The translations under genes were made by a program, and so were the position numbers. Below, piece after piece: positions 30,391 through 42,595 of a stretch of 64,000 nt of DNA (the first letter of the stretch is position 1; each line of letters opens with the position of its first letter). The stretch comes from a virus (taxonomy: Duplodnaviria > Heunggongvirae > Uroviricota > Caudoviricetes): the IMG/VR virus record IMGVR_UViG_3300037483_001818. One strand, given 5' to 3'. The notes beneath the pieces were generated by a model, which was given only the letters and a program-made list of their open reading frames with translations, was not told the DNA's origin and searched no databases.

Positions 30391-33300
30391 ATGCGTTACA
30401 TCGACGACAAACCGAACGGGATCATCCTCAACCACACGGCGGAGTGGAACGGCGCGGTGCGTATCGCCTGGTACATTCCCAGCGAGCGCCGCGATCCCGG
30501 ACCGACACCTCCGTCTCTGCGCGAGTGTTGGTGCAGCGGTCCTGATCTCGTTGCCGGTCGCTTCACCCCCGTGAGTGCGGCTGACCGACAAGTCTTACGG
30601 ACCAGCGAGCAGCCTTCCCGCGGTGTCGAAGTTTCCGAGCCGCCGGTCAATGTCATCACACGCGCCGTGGCACTCGCGGTCGAGACATATCTGCGCTCCA
30701 AGTTGGCACGCTTCCTTGACGACGACCTCTTCATCCCACGGGGCACGCTGTGAAGTTCGACCTGATCCGACTCGGCGAGCAGCTCGCCGAAGAGAACAAC
30801 GCGGCACACGACCTGTGGTCTTGGCTGCCCTCCCACGCGATCGCCGAGAAGCACCATGGCGACTACGCCTCGGAGCACTGCCCGAGCAACGCCGACGTAA
30901 TGAAGGAGGCCGCCATGTACCTGGGGCATCTGAAGCACCCCGAGGTCGCGCTGACGCCCGAAGAGCAGGAATGGTTCACAAACTGTCCATGCGGGGACGA
31001 CCACTCTACGGAGAAGGCTCCGTGACCAAGATCGATCAAGAGCACGCGCAGAAAGCGCTCCAGCACGTGCGCAGCGCCATGATCGCCAACAAGCACGGGG
31101 CACCGCCCGGCCCTGCGCTTGAAGCCGCCGAAGAAGCCTTGCTTCGGATGCTGTTCTCCGAAGAGGAGGTCGTCGAATACCTCCAGTCACTCGGCGCGCA
31201 GGTGTACCGATGATCCGCGAAGCGGCGACCGCCGGCCTCGCCACGTGCCACTGCTGCGATCAGGGCTTCCGCCGCGTGGCCGGGATCCATATCGGCAGTC
31301 AGCGCCTGGGGATGATCTCAAACGAACCGTGCGCGCGGGTGTTCGCAACGTGCGACCAAAAGGCGCCGGACCTCGCACGTTCCTGGCTGGCCTGTGTCGA
31401 TGGAGCCCCCCTTCGCAAAGGCAGCGGAGAAGTCCGTCGCTACACCTCAGCCTCGACGGCACGTCGTGCCGCTCGCAAGGCGGCACCGCGGAGGTGGCAT
31501 CCATGATCGATACGAAGATGATCAAGCGCATCATTCAGGTCGCCTGGCACCGCAACGGTGTCGACGGCGGCGGTTTTCACGCGGTGATATTCACCCACGT
31601 GCTGCACATCTGCGCGCTCTGCGGCAGCGAATGGGGCTGGGGACCGATCGGCGCGACGATCAAGCAGCGGACCTGTAGGCTCGGTCAGGGTGACAAGAAG
31701 CACAAGGCCGCGGCGCGACGGGTCAAGAAGGAAGTTCGGCTGCTCGGTATCGTCTACGACACGCCCGGATGCGTCTCGGTGCTTGACATCGACAAGCTGA
31801 GCGATCCGGCGATCGGCGTGGCATTCGGTGATTTCGGCGATGGCAACTCGTGGCGCGGAAGCCTATTCGAGGGCGAGCTCCGCGCCGCGATCAAAGCACA
31901 CTCCAGCGACGGCTCGACCCGCATTGGGCCGTTCGCTATCCCGACGAAAAGGCGCCGCCCATGATCGAGATCGAACGCCTGATCAAGCGCCTGCTCGACA
32001 AGCACCAGACGATCCGCAAGGAACTCGGTGACCTCAAGAAGACCTATAACGGCAGCGTCAGCCTGCACTGCCAGAGCTTGAACGACCAATGCGATCTCCT
32101 GGAGGAAATCCTGGGAGTCCCGCGCTCGTATCCACGCGCTTCCCAGGAGGATCGATGACGCGCTCTGAGTACCAACGGATCTGCGATCGAATGGCCCGCA
32201 AGGCGATCCGTTACACAGCGAAAAAGGTCATCGACGAGGAGCTGAACGATGACGTTGAGACGCAGTGCGAACGCTGGATCAACGCGTTTCTCGACGAACA
32301 TTTGCCCGACATCGATCCAGACGTGCTGCTCGCCGTAACGCCCAACGCGGACATCTGGCTCAAGCTGCTTGTACCTGCTGATGCAGCAGTCGCAGCGTTC
32401 CAGGCAGATGTATGGGCCGCGCTCGTCAGGCCGGGAGTTCCACGCGCTGCGGAGGACCGATGACCGGCCAGCAGAAGCGCTGGATCCACAAGGACGTTGC
32501 TTGTCGGCGCCACGTCGCCGAGGGCATCGTGCAGAGGATCTATGTCGCCGTGCAAATCGCCAAGCGCCAAGGACTCCACGGCGGCTACACCGTCGACCTC
32601 ATCGAGCGGAGCGTCGGCCGCAACCTCACCGTCTACGAAAACAGCGTCGCGCACCTCGCTCGCGAGCACCTGGGCTACAGCAGCCCGCCGTGCGGCTACG
32701 GCGGTCCCAAACCGCGGGGTTCAGCGAAAGAACCGTCACGCGCGATCGACCGCGTAAAGGTCAACGAAGCCATGCGACTGGTCTCAGAGGGGGACGCGAT
32801 CATTACCGACGTGCTCAAACGAAGAAAGCGGTCCACCAGGTCCCGCAAGCCTTCGTTCAGCGTGCTCCTCAACAAAGCGGCGAACATCCTCAACGTCGCT
32901 GCGCGCGCATGTGCGAAAGCCGGCGCCTCGATCCGCGCCGGAACGCTTCGCGAGCGAGCGAAGTACGCACGGTGCGCCGACTTCGACATGCTGGCGCTCT
33001 ACAAACACTACAACTTTTTTCAGGAGGACCGGTGATCGACCTCAGCCGCGCGCGCAACGGTTTCCGCGTCGGGGGCAGACTCCCGATCGCTGTTGTCGGC
33101 CAAGCCTACGACTTCATCACGGTTCTTGAGCGCGTCGAGCCCGACATCCGGGGCGACAGCATCCCCGCGCGCTACGACTGCCGCTGCAATCGCTGCGGTG
33201 CGATCTTCGTAGCGAAGGGATCCGACGTGGTGCATCGCCGCGTCCGTCTCTGCTGTCAACCACGGAGGCGCACGTGAAGTCCGACAAGATCTACCAGGTA

Positions 33301-33725
33301 TCGATCCACTTCCGCGGCGGCGGCATGTCGCTCCGCTACGTGCAGGCCGACAGCGAGGACGAGGCGATCAGCAAGATCAAATCCGCGCTGGCTAACTTCG
33401 ACTCCGGCCCCAGCGCAGATGCCATGCGCCGGGGCATCGAGTCTGCCCGCGCCCAGACGGTGTCATGACCGAACGAGGAACAGCCATGTTTGAGATCGAG
33501 CGGCTGCCAGGCAAGTCTCCACTCTCCCCGTATCGTTTTCAGAGTGATGACGACGCGATGGGTGGCCACTGGACGTTTCAGACCACCCAGGAAGTAGGTA
33601 CGTTCTTTTGGGGCCGGGACGTGGCGCTCTACCGCGTCTCCAAAGATGGGCGCGAGCTGGGCACGCCAACGACGAGCGACCTGGACGCGCTGATCGCCTG
33701 GCTGGAGCAGGAGAAGCTGTCATGA
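30391..33725 (+). other. Run of small overlapping hypothetical genes
   Basis: Examples 30391-30753, 30750-31025, 31210-31506 and 33465-33725, joined by ATGA/GTGA overlaps. Confidence 0.6.
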
Positions 33726-33828
33726 TCGACCTACCCGCTGACACGATCACTGTCGGGCTCCGGCTGCGACTTATACTTGCTCGATCAGTTGAACGATCGA
33801 GACTGCTGTCAACCACGGAGGCGCGCGC

Positions 33829-34536
33829 GTGACGGTCAGCGGCACATACGTGCGCACGTTCGACGAGGCCACCCACGCCCTGCCTGACGGCATGCACATG
33901 CACGCGGACTACCCGTTCGTGCTGCCGAAGATCGTCGGCCGCGCGCCCGATTCGATCACGATCGAGGGCCGTGGCGAAGCGAAAGTGACGTTGTCGATTC
34001 GCCGTGATGAAAAGGGAGGCGAGTTCTGTGCGCTTGAGTGGCAGCACGTGCAGATGGGCACGTTCGAACGGCTGTTCAGCCGGCCGCTGACGAGGCTCAA
34101 GCTGCTGCCGTTCAAACGGCTCGGCACGGTGAACCAAATCGACGCCACGACGCCGAGCGCGTGCGAAGGCACGTGGATCACCTATGCGCCGACAGACAAC
34201 CTGCGTTGGGTCTCATGGGAGCAGCACGGCGACGCCGAACACGATCCGGACTGCCGTCCCGTCGCTTGGCCTCCACCACCAGAGGTCCTGGCCTTCTGGG
34301 AGTCGGGCCTTGGCGGTGGCGAGGGCGCGGACGCCTACTGCACGGTCGTCGCACTCATGCGCGCACCGAGCGAGGATGCCGCAGCAACCATCGTCAAAAA
34401 GGCGTGGACGCCGGGCGTTGGCGAGTGGCGCTTCAACCGCGAGTACGGCAAGGACGTGCCACCCGGCGAACGCTTCCCACCGCCGAAGTGGTCGATCCAA
34501 CTGAAGCGTTGGCCCTGGACGAAGGAGCAGCCGTGA
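33829..34536 (+). CDS. Hypothetical protein
   Basis: 235 aa operonic ORF. Confidence 0.65.
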   Translation: MTVSGTYVRTFDEATHALPDGMHMHADYPFVLPKIVGRAPDSITIEGRGEAKVTLSIRRDEKGGEFCALEWQHVQMGTFERLFSRPLTRLKLLPFKRLGTVNQIDATTPSACEGTWITYAPTDNLRWVSWEQHGDAEHDPDCRPVAWPPPPEVLAFWESGLGGGEGADAYCTVVALMRAPSEDAAATIVKKAWTPGVGEWRFNREYGKDVPPGERFPPPKWSIQLKRWPWTKEQP

Positions 34537-34801
34537 CAGAAGGCGATCTCAAGGACATCTGGCAAGAGGTTGATGAAGCGCTGTCCCCGACGAACGTTCT
34601 CGACGGCGACTACAAGAAGTGCCTCGACGTCACGACGTGCATCGACGGTGGCGACAAGGGGGAGCCGGTGTTCGTCTTTGAAGCAAAGAGCCCGCGAACC
34701 GCCGTGAATGACCTCGCGATGTCGGTCTACTGGAGTACCGACTCACGTGCCGAGGCCGCGGCATTCCTCCGCCAGCTTGCCAGCAAGATCGAGGAAGGCA
34801 C

Positions 34802-35539
34802 ATGACGGGCGACGATCTCAAGCGCATGCAGGACGGCTTCCTCAAAGGAGCGAAGACGCTCCTTTGTCAGTACGAACAACTCCGACCTGTGGGCTTCGTC
34901 ATCACGCTGTACAAGCACGTCGAGAAGCTGTTCGAGAGTGGCTGGGGCATCGAGTTCATCGATCCCAAGAGCTGCGTGGGCGTAAACGGCGACGGCACCG
35001 CCACGCTCGTGCTCGATCTCACGATGGGCTGGAAACGGCTCTATCACGCCGTCGTGACCGTGTTCCCCGAGACCAAGGAAGTGCTGTCACCGATGATCAC
35101 TCTCGCCGAGACCATTGCCATCGACGATCCGTACAAGCGGGTGATGCGGCCGTTTCTGGCGCACACACAGATGGACGAGAAAGACATCATCGCCGCCACA
35201 ATGCGCCACGTTTGCGGAAAGGTCGACGCCTATGCCAGCATCTTCCAAGCGGAGGCGTGGAGGCGTGACGTCGACCTCGACAAGGAGAGCGAGGCCGACG
35301 TCCCCCAGAACCTGAGCAATGACGCGAAGGCCGTCGAGGTCATCATTAGCTCGATGGAGACCTACGACTTCACACGCATGCTCAGCGTTCCGATCGTGCG
35401 CGAAGGCGGGAAGAAGCGTGATGCGGGCAAGGTCGTCGGTTTCGGAGAACTGGTCGAGGGCCTCGACACGCTGGACAACACGAACGTGGTGGATGGACGC
35501 CTCGCGCGCTTTCTCAAGCCGCTGGAGATCGCGTCGTGA
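34802..35539 (+). CDS. Hypothetical protein
   Basis: 245 aa with strong codon bias; SD-like GAGGAAGG upstream. Confidence 0.75.
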   Translation: MTGDDLKRMQDGFLKGAKTLLCQYEQLRPVGFVITLYKHVEKLFESGWGIEFIDPKSCVGVNGDGTATLVLDLTMGWKRLYHAVVTVFPETKEVLSPMITLAETIAIDDPYKRVMRPFLAHTQMDEKDIIAATMRHVCGKVDAYASIFQAEAWRRDVDLDKESEADVPQNLSNDAKAVEVIISSMETYDFTRMLSVPIVREGGKKRDAGKVVGFGELVEGLDTLDNTNVVDGRLARFLKPLEIAS

Positions 35540-36960
35540 TCCAGATGCGCATGCAGGAGCGTCCCTACACGACGCGTGATCGCGTAAGCACGATGGGCAA
35601 GAGCTCGGTGGTCGCCGAATGCCCGTTCTGCGGCGCCGCGGTCGTGATCTTTCTGTGGTCGATCGCCGGCAACGGCAAGAAGCTCTGCTCGTGCGGCGCT
35701 GCACTGCACTCCAATGGAATCGCGCGCAAGCTCGTCGAGCAGGAAAACGATCCCGAGAACCATCGAGCGCCTGCTCGAGACGCGGACGGCGAGCCGGGGA
35801 ACGGCAGCGAATGAGCAACCCGCCGCTCACCGCGGGATTGCGGGTCGTATTCACCGAGGACCTGTCTCGGGCCAGCTTGCGCAGTCTGGCGGGCACGGTA
35901 ACGGAAGTCATCGAGCAATTCCGCGTCGGCCCGCGTGTGTGGGTACAATGGGATGACGGCGAGCTAGCGATCGAGGATCCGCGAACGTTGGTGGCGCTGT
36001 GACCGCGGACGAACTGGTCAGGCTCCGCACGCTCGCCGCGAACATCGTCGCGGCGGCAGGGCTGTGCGCGGCGCATCAACTCGGCTTGGCTTCGTGTGGC
36101 TGCGACCAGGGGACGCCCTCCGACGCGTGGGTGCCGAACGTGAACGGTCGCCTTCCGCCGCAGATGTGTCCGCACGCGTCGTGGTCACGCAAGGCCCGCC
36201 GCACGTGGGACCTCGAAGATCCGCCCGAGGCGGAGTGCGACACCTGCGGGACGCGCGCCCCTGCGTCCGCCGACATGATCGGTGAATGCCTCGTGGCGCG
36301 CTGCCCGTCGTGCACTGGGTGGACGATGTTCCACAGCAAGCCCGACAGCGAGCAGGCCAGGGATTGGACGTGGCATTGCGAAATGTCCGGCGACGTCATC
36401 GCCCGCGAGTTCGTTGGCATTTCACCTGGCCGCGCCTGTGAGCAAGCGGATTGGCGAGCCTCCTCGCGGACCTGGTGCGCCACGCCCGAACCCGACGCAA
36501 CCGAGGCTCCATGACCAAGGTACATCTACTCATCGACGGGTATCGGCTGATCGCGTGCGGCGACGGCAACGGTGTGCCAAGCGACGAGGACGACACGACC
36601 ACCATCTCCTGGCGTGCCTCCACCGGGGCTTCAAGCTGTACGAGGCGCTGACCGAGGCGATCGCCGTGCGTCTCGTCGAGCTCGGGGAGACGAAGCTGTG
36701 AAGCGTATCGCCCGCAAAGCACGTCGCAGCGCTGTGAACCACGATCTCGCCAAGGCCGCCACGAACTACGGCGAGGCACTACGTCGCCAGGCCACGCTGT
36801 CCACGGCGCTCCATCTCGCATACTCGCGTGGCGAGGACGCGACCGCTCTCGATCGCGATCACTCGGCTGCGTGCGACGAGGTCGGCACCACCGAGCACGA
36901 GCTGCTCGTTTGCGCGGCGGTCGTCGGCGGGTGGACGCGCAAGGCCGCCGAAAAGTCTGT

Positions 36961-39018
36961 GTGAACCCCATGTCGAACGAGCTGAACAACATCCTGAACG
37001 AGGCTATTCCTGCGTGGGCGAAGCTGACGGGTACCAAGCTCGGCGCCAGCTCGTTCTCGTTCACGCTTGGCAGTAACTCCGAATTCCAGAGCTACGATCT
37101 CAAGAAGTACGTCGATGACTTGAACGCGTCCCGATCGCTCGACATGTCGGGGACAACGACGGTTTTGCTCCTCCGCGGTTTGTTCGAAGCGTACGTCGAG
37201 GAAAAGTCGTTCAAGGTTCATTCGCTCCTGTACGCAGCCGCCGAGGTCGAGAAAACGCTCGCCACGCTACGCGCGTTCCACGCAATGATCACGCAAGCGC
37301 CCTGCGAGGACGCCGTCACTGCGTTCCAGGAGACGGTGCGCGCGGCGGCCGTGCACTACGGCTACGACCTCGGCAAGCTCAAGAAGCACCTCGCGGACGA
37401 GCGTGGCCTCGGCCAGCTCCGCCTCGCCGCCTCGCGTAGCCTCGGCAGACTCGCCACACACCAGTTCACGCAGGGTGCGCGAGATCCGAAGCCGCTCCAG
37501 TACAACCGCCAGATCTTCGAGTTCTCGAGCATCAACGCGTTCGTCTACGCGTTGCGCCGCCAGATGGTCTCGGGCATCACGTTGGCGCTGATCCGTTCAG
37601 GTGACGTCTACAAAACCTACTTCGTGCTCGGGCTGCGCAATGGCGAGACGACCACGATCTTGACCGACTTCGAGGAAGGGGCGCACCCCGAGTACCACAA
37701 CATGACCCGTCGTCCCGATCGGCGTCTCGAAGAGCGGTCGCAGCAGCACTGGTTCCCGTACAGGCTCCTCGAAGAGGATCCGGTCAAGCACAAGCACCTC
37801 AAGAACAAGACCGCGCTCGTCCCGCTGGACGCCAAGGCGTTGCCGATCGAGGAGATCACGAACCTGGAGCCCTCCGAGTTCATCTGGCTCGTGCTTCTGT
37901 TCGATCTCGTCTCTACCAAGTTCGACCGCGACGATTACAAGGCGCCCGAGCTGTCGTACACAGGAGAGATGGTCGTGTCGCCCCACGCGCTCGTGGAAGC
38001 GAGCAGTGCCCTCGTGCTTGCCGGGCAGTACGCGCCGCTGATCCTGCCAAAGCTCACCGCCCGAACGGCGACGCCGGAGCTGGCAGAAAACCACAAGCCT
38101 GTCGGACACAACGCGTGGCTGGAGGAGCGCTACCGCGATCACGTGCCCGAGATCTTGCTCGACGTGGTCGGCGAACGAAAGGCTCTCGAAGTGGGCAAGG
38201 AAGCCGGCAAGCTACTCCCTGGCACGATCAAGGAAGCGAAGCTACCGACGATGCGCAAGCAACCGGGCGTCATCGGGTGGGGACCAGACTATCGTGTCGG
38301 GGCTCTTCATCCCCAGGCGCTCGATCCAACCTACTTCGGCACCCAGAAGGACATCGAGCGCACACGCGCTTGGTACGCGCGCGTGAACCTCATAAAGGCG
38401 GTCCAGCGCCTCGCGTCCGCAGAATTCGTCGCGAAGCACGAGCTGATCTTGTCGTGGTACCGCAAGCGCATCGAGCGGAACATGACCTTCATCTGGAAGG
38501 CCGTTGCGCATGCCGAGCTGATGGCCCCCATCACGACGTGGGACAGCGACGAAGATCATGGCTTCCCGTCCGAGGACAAACTGCGCTGGAAGGAGGGAAA
38601 CATCCTCCAGCAGAAACAGGCTCCCAAGTACAACCCGTTCTACAGCAGCCGCGAGACCGTGCAGATCGGCGGTTGGGACAACGACCGCAACTACAACGTG
38701 TGCGCGCTCGATCCTCCCACACGCGCGACGGTGTTCACGATCATTGAACCGGACAACCCTCGCGCGCTCGCGCTCCTGATGGGCATCCCGGAGAAGAAGA
38801 TGCCGTGGCCGCTCCAGCACTGGTCGACGCGCGAGCCGTACACCGGCAACAGCATCCTCGATCGCATCGATCCACAGGACTCACGACTCGACGACCCGTG
38901 GCGCCATCTTGAGCTGCGCCTCACGATCTCGCTCTCGAAACGCGCCTACAACCGGCTCCGCAAGGAGCACGGCCTGCCGCCCAAGGAGGTCGTGGAAGCC
39001 AAGGAGGACGCAGAATGA
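36961..39018 (+). CDS. Large hypothetical protein (~685 aa)
   Basis: Longest ORF in the window; strong codon bias; no motif recognised. Confidence 0.8.
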   Translation: MNPMSNELNNILNEAIPAWAKLTGTKLGASSFSFTLGSNSEFQSYDLKKYVDDLNASRSLDMSGTTTVLLLRGLFEAYVEEKSFKVHSLLYAAAEVEKTLATLRAFHAMITQAPCEDAVTAFQETVRAAAVHYGYDLGKLKKHLADERGLGQLRLAASRSLGRLATHQFTQGARDPKPLQYNRQIFEFSSINAFVYALRRQMVSGITLALIRSGDVYKTYFVLGLRNGETTTILTDFEEGAHPEYHNMTRRPDRRLEERSQQHWFPYRLLEEDPVKHKHLKNKTALVPLDAKALPIEEITNLEPSEFIWLVLLFDLVSTKFDRDDYKAPELSYTGEMVVSPHALVEASSALVLAGQYAPLILPKLTARTATPELAENHKPVGHNAWLEERYRDHVPEILLDVVGERKALEVGKEAGKLLPGTIKEAKLPTMRKQPGVIGWGPDYRVGALHPQALDPTYFGTQKDIERTRAWYARVNLIKAVQRLASAEFVAKHELILSWYRKRIERNMTFIWKAVAHAELMAPITTWDSDEDHGFPSEDKLRWKEGNILQQKQAPKYNPFYSSRETVQIGGWDNDRNYNVCALDPPTRATVFTIIEPDNPRALALLMGIPEKKMPWPLQHWSTREPYTGNSILDRIDPQDSRLDDPWRHLELRLTISLSKRAYNRLRKEHGLPPKEVVEAKEDAE

Positions 39019-39206
39019 GCACGAGAAAGGTTCGACAACCACGCGCGTGCCCAGGGATGAAGAGGGACGGCCGCTGTAGTCCTGGCGCTTGGCTCTGTCG
39101 CCTTTGCAAGCGGTGGCATTACCTCAAACGCTGTCCGATTAGGCGCGGGACCTTGTCCACCCAGCGTGGCCGGCCGGACTTCAGCAAGTGGGATCTCCTG
39201 TGAGGC

Positions 39207-39337
39207 GGGTACGAAACTACCCGTGTCTTGAGCACTACGGGCACTACGGCTCGGGACCTTGGCGGAGACGGGTGCGCGCCTACCCATGCTTGTCTCCCAA
39301 GTACTTGCACGACGTCGCAGTCGGCACGCGAACTGCT
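39207..39337 (+). promoter_or_regulatory. Two palindromes upstream of a sigma54-type promoter
   Basis: GGGTACGAAACTACCC at 39207, GGGTGCGCGCCTACCC at 39270, TCGGCACGCGAACTGCT at 39321-39337; ATG 13 nt after the GC. Confidence 0.75.
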
Positions 39338-39349
39338 TTATCTGCGGCC

Positions 39350-40033
39350 ATGAGCAAGTCCCAGCGCAGCAAGCGGTCCCGCGGGGTGGTCGACCGATCG
39401 GCCACCACGGACGTCCTCACGCAGCTCGAATGTGCAATCCGTAATCCCCACGCCGCGGCGATCGGCGCCGTGGTCGGTGGCCTCGTCCCCTGGTTCGGCC
39501 GCACGCTCGCACACGTCGAGATCCCGGTGGCGTGGTCCGCTGGTAACCAGCCGTTCGCACTGGTGATGCTCGCCGTCGTGCTCGGCTGCGCGTGCTTCTC
39601 TGCGATCTCGGTCTACAAGTTCGGCAAGGCCGCGTTCGGCGACACGCGAAAGGCCCTCGGCTTCGTGCTCGCCCTGGAAGGCGTCATGCTGGTCAGCCAC
39701 GGCGCCACGAGCGCCGTTGCACTCGCAGTTCTGGTCCTGATCAACGCGATCGCGAACGGTTCGGTGATCGCGCTCTCGCGTGACGCCACGCGCCGCCAGC
39801 GCGAGGCGGATGCGCGCCGCGCCGGGACCCGCGCCCGCACCCGCGCTGGCCACAACGCGCCGCACGAGCAGCCCGCGGCGCCGTCCCCGCGCCCCGCCCC
39901 TGCCATGCCGAGCCGCGCACCCCGCCCAGCCCAGACGCCGGGCAGCGCGCTCGTCACGCCCATGTGGCGACGCGCGACGCTCGACGACGTGATCGACGCC
40001 GAGATCGTCTCCGAAGAAAGGCTCCCGTCGTGA
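39350..40033 (+). CDS. Multi-pass membrane protein with Pro/Ala-rich tail
   Basis: About four hydrophobic segments. Confidence 0.75.
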   Translation: MSKSQRSKRSRGVVDRSATTDVLTQLECAIRNPHAAAIGAVVGGLVPWFGRTLAHVEIPVAWSAGNQPFALVMLAVVLGCACFSAISVYKFGKAAFGDTRKALGFVLALEGVMLVSHGATSAVALAVLVLINAIANGSVIALSRDATRRQREADARRAGTRARTRAGHNAPHEQPAAPSPRPAPAMPSRAPRPAQTPGSALVTPMWRRATLDDVIDAEIVSEERLPS

Positions 40034-41003
40034 CCGCTGCCGCCCTTCGTGCCCGCGTCTTCAGCTATGGCCCCGGTCCGCACTCGATCAGAGATCACGT
40101 CCAACTCGCGATTCAGGCGCACGACCTCACGCGCGCAGAATGTCGTCTGCTCAAAGCGATCGTCACGAACAACAGGATGGACACCAAGAGCTACCAGCTC
40201 GGACAGAAGTGCGGTCGCTTTCTGCAAGGCTACGAGGAGCCATGGCCCTCGGATCCACGCAGCGGCTGGGTTCTCGTCGAATTCTGGTGCAATCCTGTCG
40301 AACAGGAAGATGCGGTTCGCGTCTACGTCGACCATGTCAATGAGGAGTTCGCGCGCATGAAAAATGCGTTGCTTGCCGATAGCGAGGAGACATGAGCATC
40401 GATCGTCCCACCCCGATCCAGCGCGGCTTCGAGTACGAGGTGAAGTTGGCCGTGTCGATCCCGACTGCATGGGCACAACTGCTCAAGGACGCCGCCAAGC
40501 ACCACTACGACCATCGGTGCAACGAGGCCGGGCACCACGGCGTGGTCAACGGGCTCTACAACACGTCGCAGAACGGCCCGTTGCAGAGCACCCTTGCCGT
40601 AACCTGGCGCGACCTCGATCTTGTCACCAAGATCGCCGAGCAGCTCGAATACCACACCGCCGATCACGTGATGCTCCGCGAGATCCGCTCATGGCTGCGC
40701 ACGACCAAGGACACGATCGAGAAGCAGCACCGCGCCTGCCTGGAGCTGCCTGGTTCTCGCGACTACGACGAGGACGTGGAGCCGACGTGAGCCGCAAGAA
40801 GACCAAGGAAGACGACGCGTTCGATCCCGGAGAGGTCCTCTGCGGCCACGGCACGCGCATCACTCAGCGCTCCCACTATCTCGGTGGCGGCCTGTGGGTC
40901 TGCTTCGAGTGCTTCGCGAAGCTCTTGCTTGGAGGCCGCACGCCGCTCCCGCGTCAGGAGACCCCGTGAGCAAACAGCAAGTCCGCGCGCGCATGCTCGA
41001 CGC

Positions 41004-41618
41004 ATGATCATCGGCACAGGTGCACGATCGACGCCCGCGAAGATCGCCGAGTTCCGGCAAGACCTCCGTTGTCGCTGGATCTACCTGACGCTCGACTTCT
41101 TGGAGTTCCCTCTCAAGAGCGGCGACGGCCACGTCTCGGGGTTGCGCGGTCCGTACCACATCGGCGCGATCTCGGTCGCAGAGGACGGGGCGATGCTCAA
41201 CTTCTGGATGAGCCACGCGACGGCGCAGATCCCCAAGGACGAGTCCATGCAGGTCGCCGCCGCGTCGCTCGTCGCCTGGACGACGCTCTCGATGCTCAAC
41301 TGCGCCAACATCGAGGCCGTCGAGCACAAGATTCCCGACGCATTCCAGAAGGCGCGGCAGCGGATCAGCAAGCGTCCGTTCGTCTCGTATCACACCGTGC
41401 GCGTCGACCTCGACAAGACCCCGCGCCAGATCACTGCGCCCAGCCTGCCGGGTGACGGAACCACGCCCCGTCTCCACAAGAAGCGCGGCCACATGAAGGA
41501 CTACCGCCGCGGCAATGGCCTGTTCGGCCGCTACAAGGGCGTCTGGTTCTGGGGCGACATGACAGCCGGATCAAAAAACGAAGGTGTCGTCGTGTCCGAC
41601 TACGAGGTGAGCCCGTGA
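41004..41618 (+). CDS. Hypothetical phage-type protein with PRLHxxRGH motif
   Basis: TPRLHKKRGHMKDY...GVVVSDYEV; start uncertain. Confidence 0.7.
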   Translation: MIIGTGARSTPAKIAEFRQDLRCRWIYLTLDFLEFPLKSGDGHVSGLRGPYHIGAISVAEDGAMLNFWMSHATAQIPKDESMQVAAASLVAWTTLSMLNCANIEAVEHKIPDAFQKARQRISKRPFVSYHTVRVDLDKTPRQITAPSLPGDGTTPRLHKKRGHMKDYRRGNGLFGRYKGVWFWGDMTAGSKNEGVVVSDYEVSP

Positions 41619-41683
41619 CGAAGAAGACGGGAGGGCGTCGTCGTGTCCGACTACGAGGTGAGCCCGTGACGAAGAAGACGGGA
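41586..41683 (+). repeat. 47 bp perfect direct repeat (period 51) at a gene junction
   Basis: GTCGTCGTGTCCGACTACGAGGTGAGCCCGTGACGAAGAAGACGGGA at 41586 and 41637. Confidence 0.9.
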
Positions 41684-42595
41684 CAACGCGACGCGATGTC
41701 TGACCTCCGGGCCAACGTCGACAGTATCGTCGCAGGACTCTACGATCTGCGCCGTGACCCGCGCCGCGATCTAGTGCTTGAGCGCGCGATCCACCTCGCC
41801 GACGTGCTTGCTGCGAAGATAAGGGCGATCGCTGCACGAGACCACACACGCGGCGACAGCTTTTCCACCGGTCACCTGAAAGTCTTCGTCGACAACCGCG
41901 AACGCGACTTCGTCTTCCGACCGGACAGCGTCGGCGACACCGGCGTCATCGAACAGATCTTCGAGAGCAAGGACTACGACCTCAAGCGCTTCACCTTGGG
42001 CGCGCTCTTCGAGCACTACGTCGAAAGTATCCGCGAGAGTGGTCGACGACCCCTCATCGTCGACGCAGGCGCCAACATCGGCGCGAGCCCAATCTATTTT
42101 CTCTCGCAGTATCCAGACGCCACGATCGTCGCCATCGAGCCGGAGCGACGAAACTGTGCCCTCCTACGCGTCAACTGCACCGGCCTCGCTGTGCAGATCA
42201 TCGAGGCGGCACTCTGTAGCGGGCCGGGCCGGCGATTTCTGAGCGATCCTGGGCGTAGCGACTGGGGCTTTCAAGTTACCGACTCCGACCAAGGTCTCTA
42301 CGAGGTCGCTGCTGTTTCCGTTCCCCAAATCCTGCGAGACTATCCGTCCAGCGCCTACGCGCCAGCGATCGTCAAGATCGACATCGAGGGCAGCGAGAAG
42401 GACCTCTTTTCAGGCGAGATAGGTTGGCTGAAGACTGTCCCGCTCCTCATCATCGAGCTGCACGACTGGATGCTGCCGGGTGAGGCCGCGGCGCGAAACT
42501 TCCTGCGAGCGATCTCGACATTCGATTTCGATTTCGTCCACGTCGGCGAGAACGCGTTCTGCTTCAACAACGCACTGCTGAAGAAGGATCCATGA
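41615..42595 (+). CDS. FkbM-family SAM methyltransferase with N-terminal extension
   Basis: IVDAGANIGAS...VAIEPE..N, IVKIDIEGSE, IIELHD. Confidence 0.9.
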   Translation: MTKKTGGRRRVRLRGEPVTKKTGQRDAMSDLRANVDSIVAGLYDLRRDPRRDLVLERAIHLADVLAAKIRAIAARDHTRGDSFSTGHLKVFVDNRERDFVFRPDSVGDTGVIEQIFESKDYDLKRFTLGALFEHYVESIRESGRRPLIVDAGANIGASPIYFLSQYPDATIVAIEPERRNCALLRVNCTGLAVQIIEAALCSGPGRRFLSDPGRSDWGFQVTDSDQGLYEVAAVSVPQILRDYPSSAYAPAIVKIDIEGSEKDLFSGEIGWLKTVPLLIIELHDWMLPGEAAARNFLRAISTFDFDFVHVGENAFCFNNALLKKDP

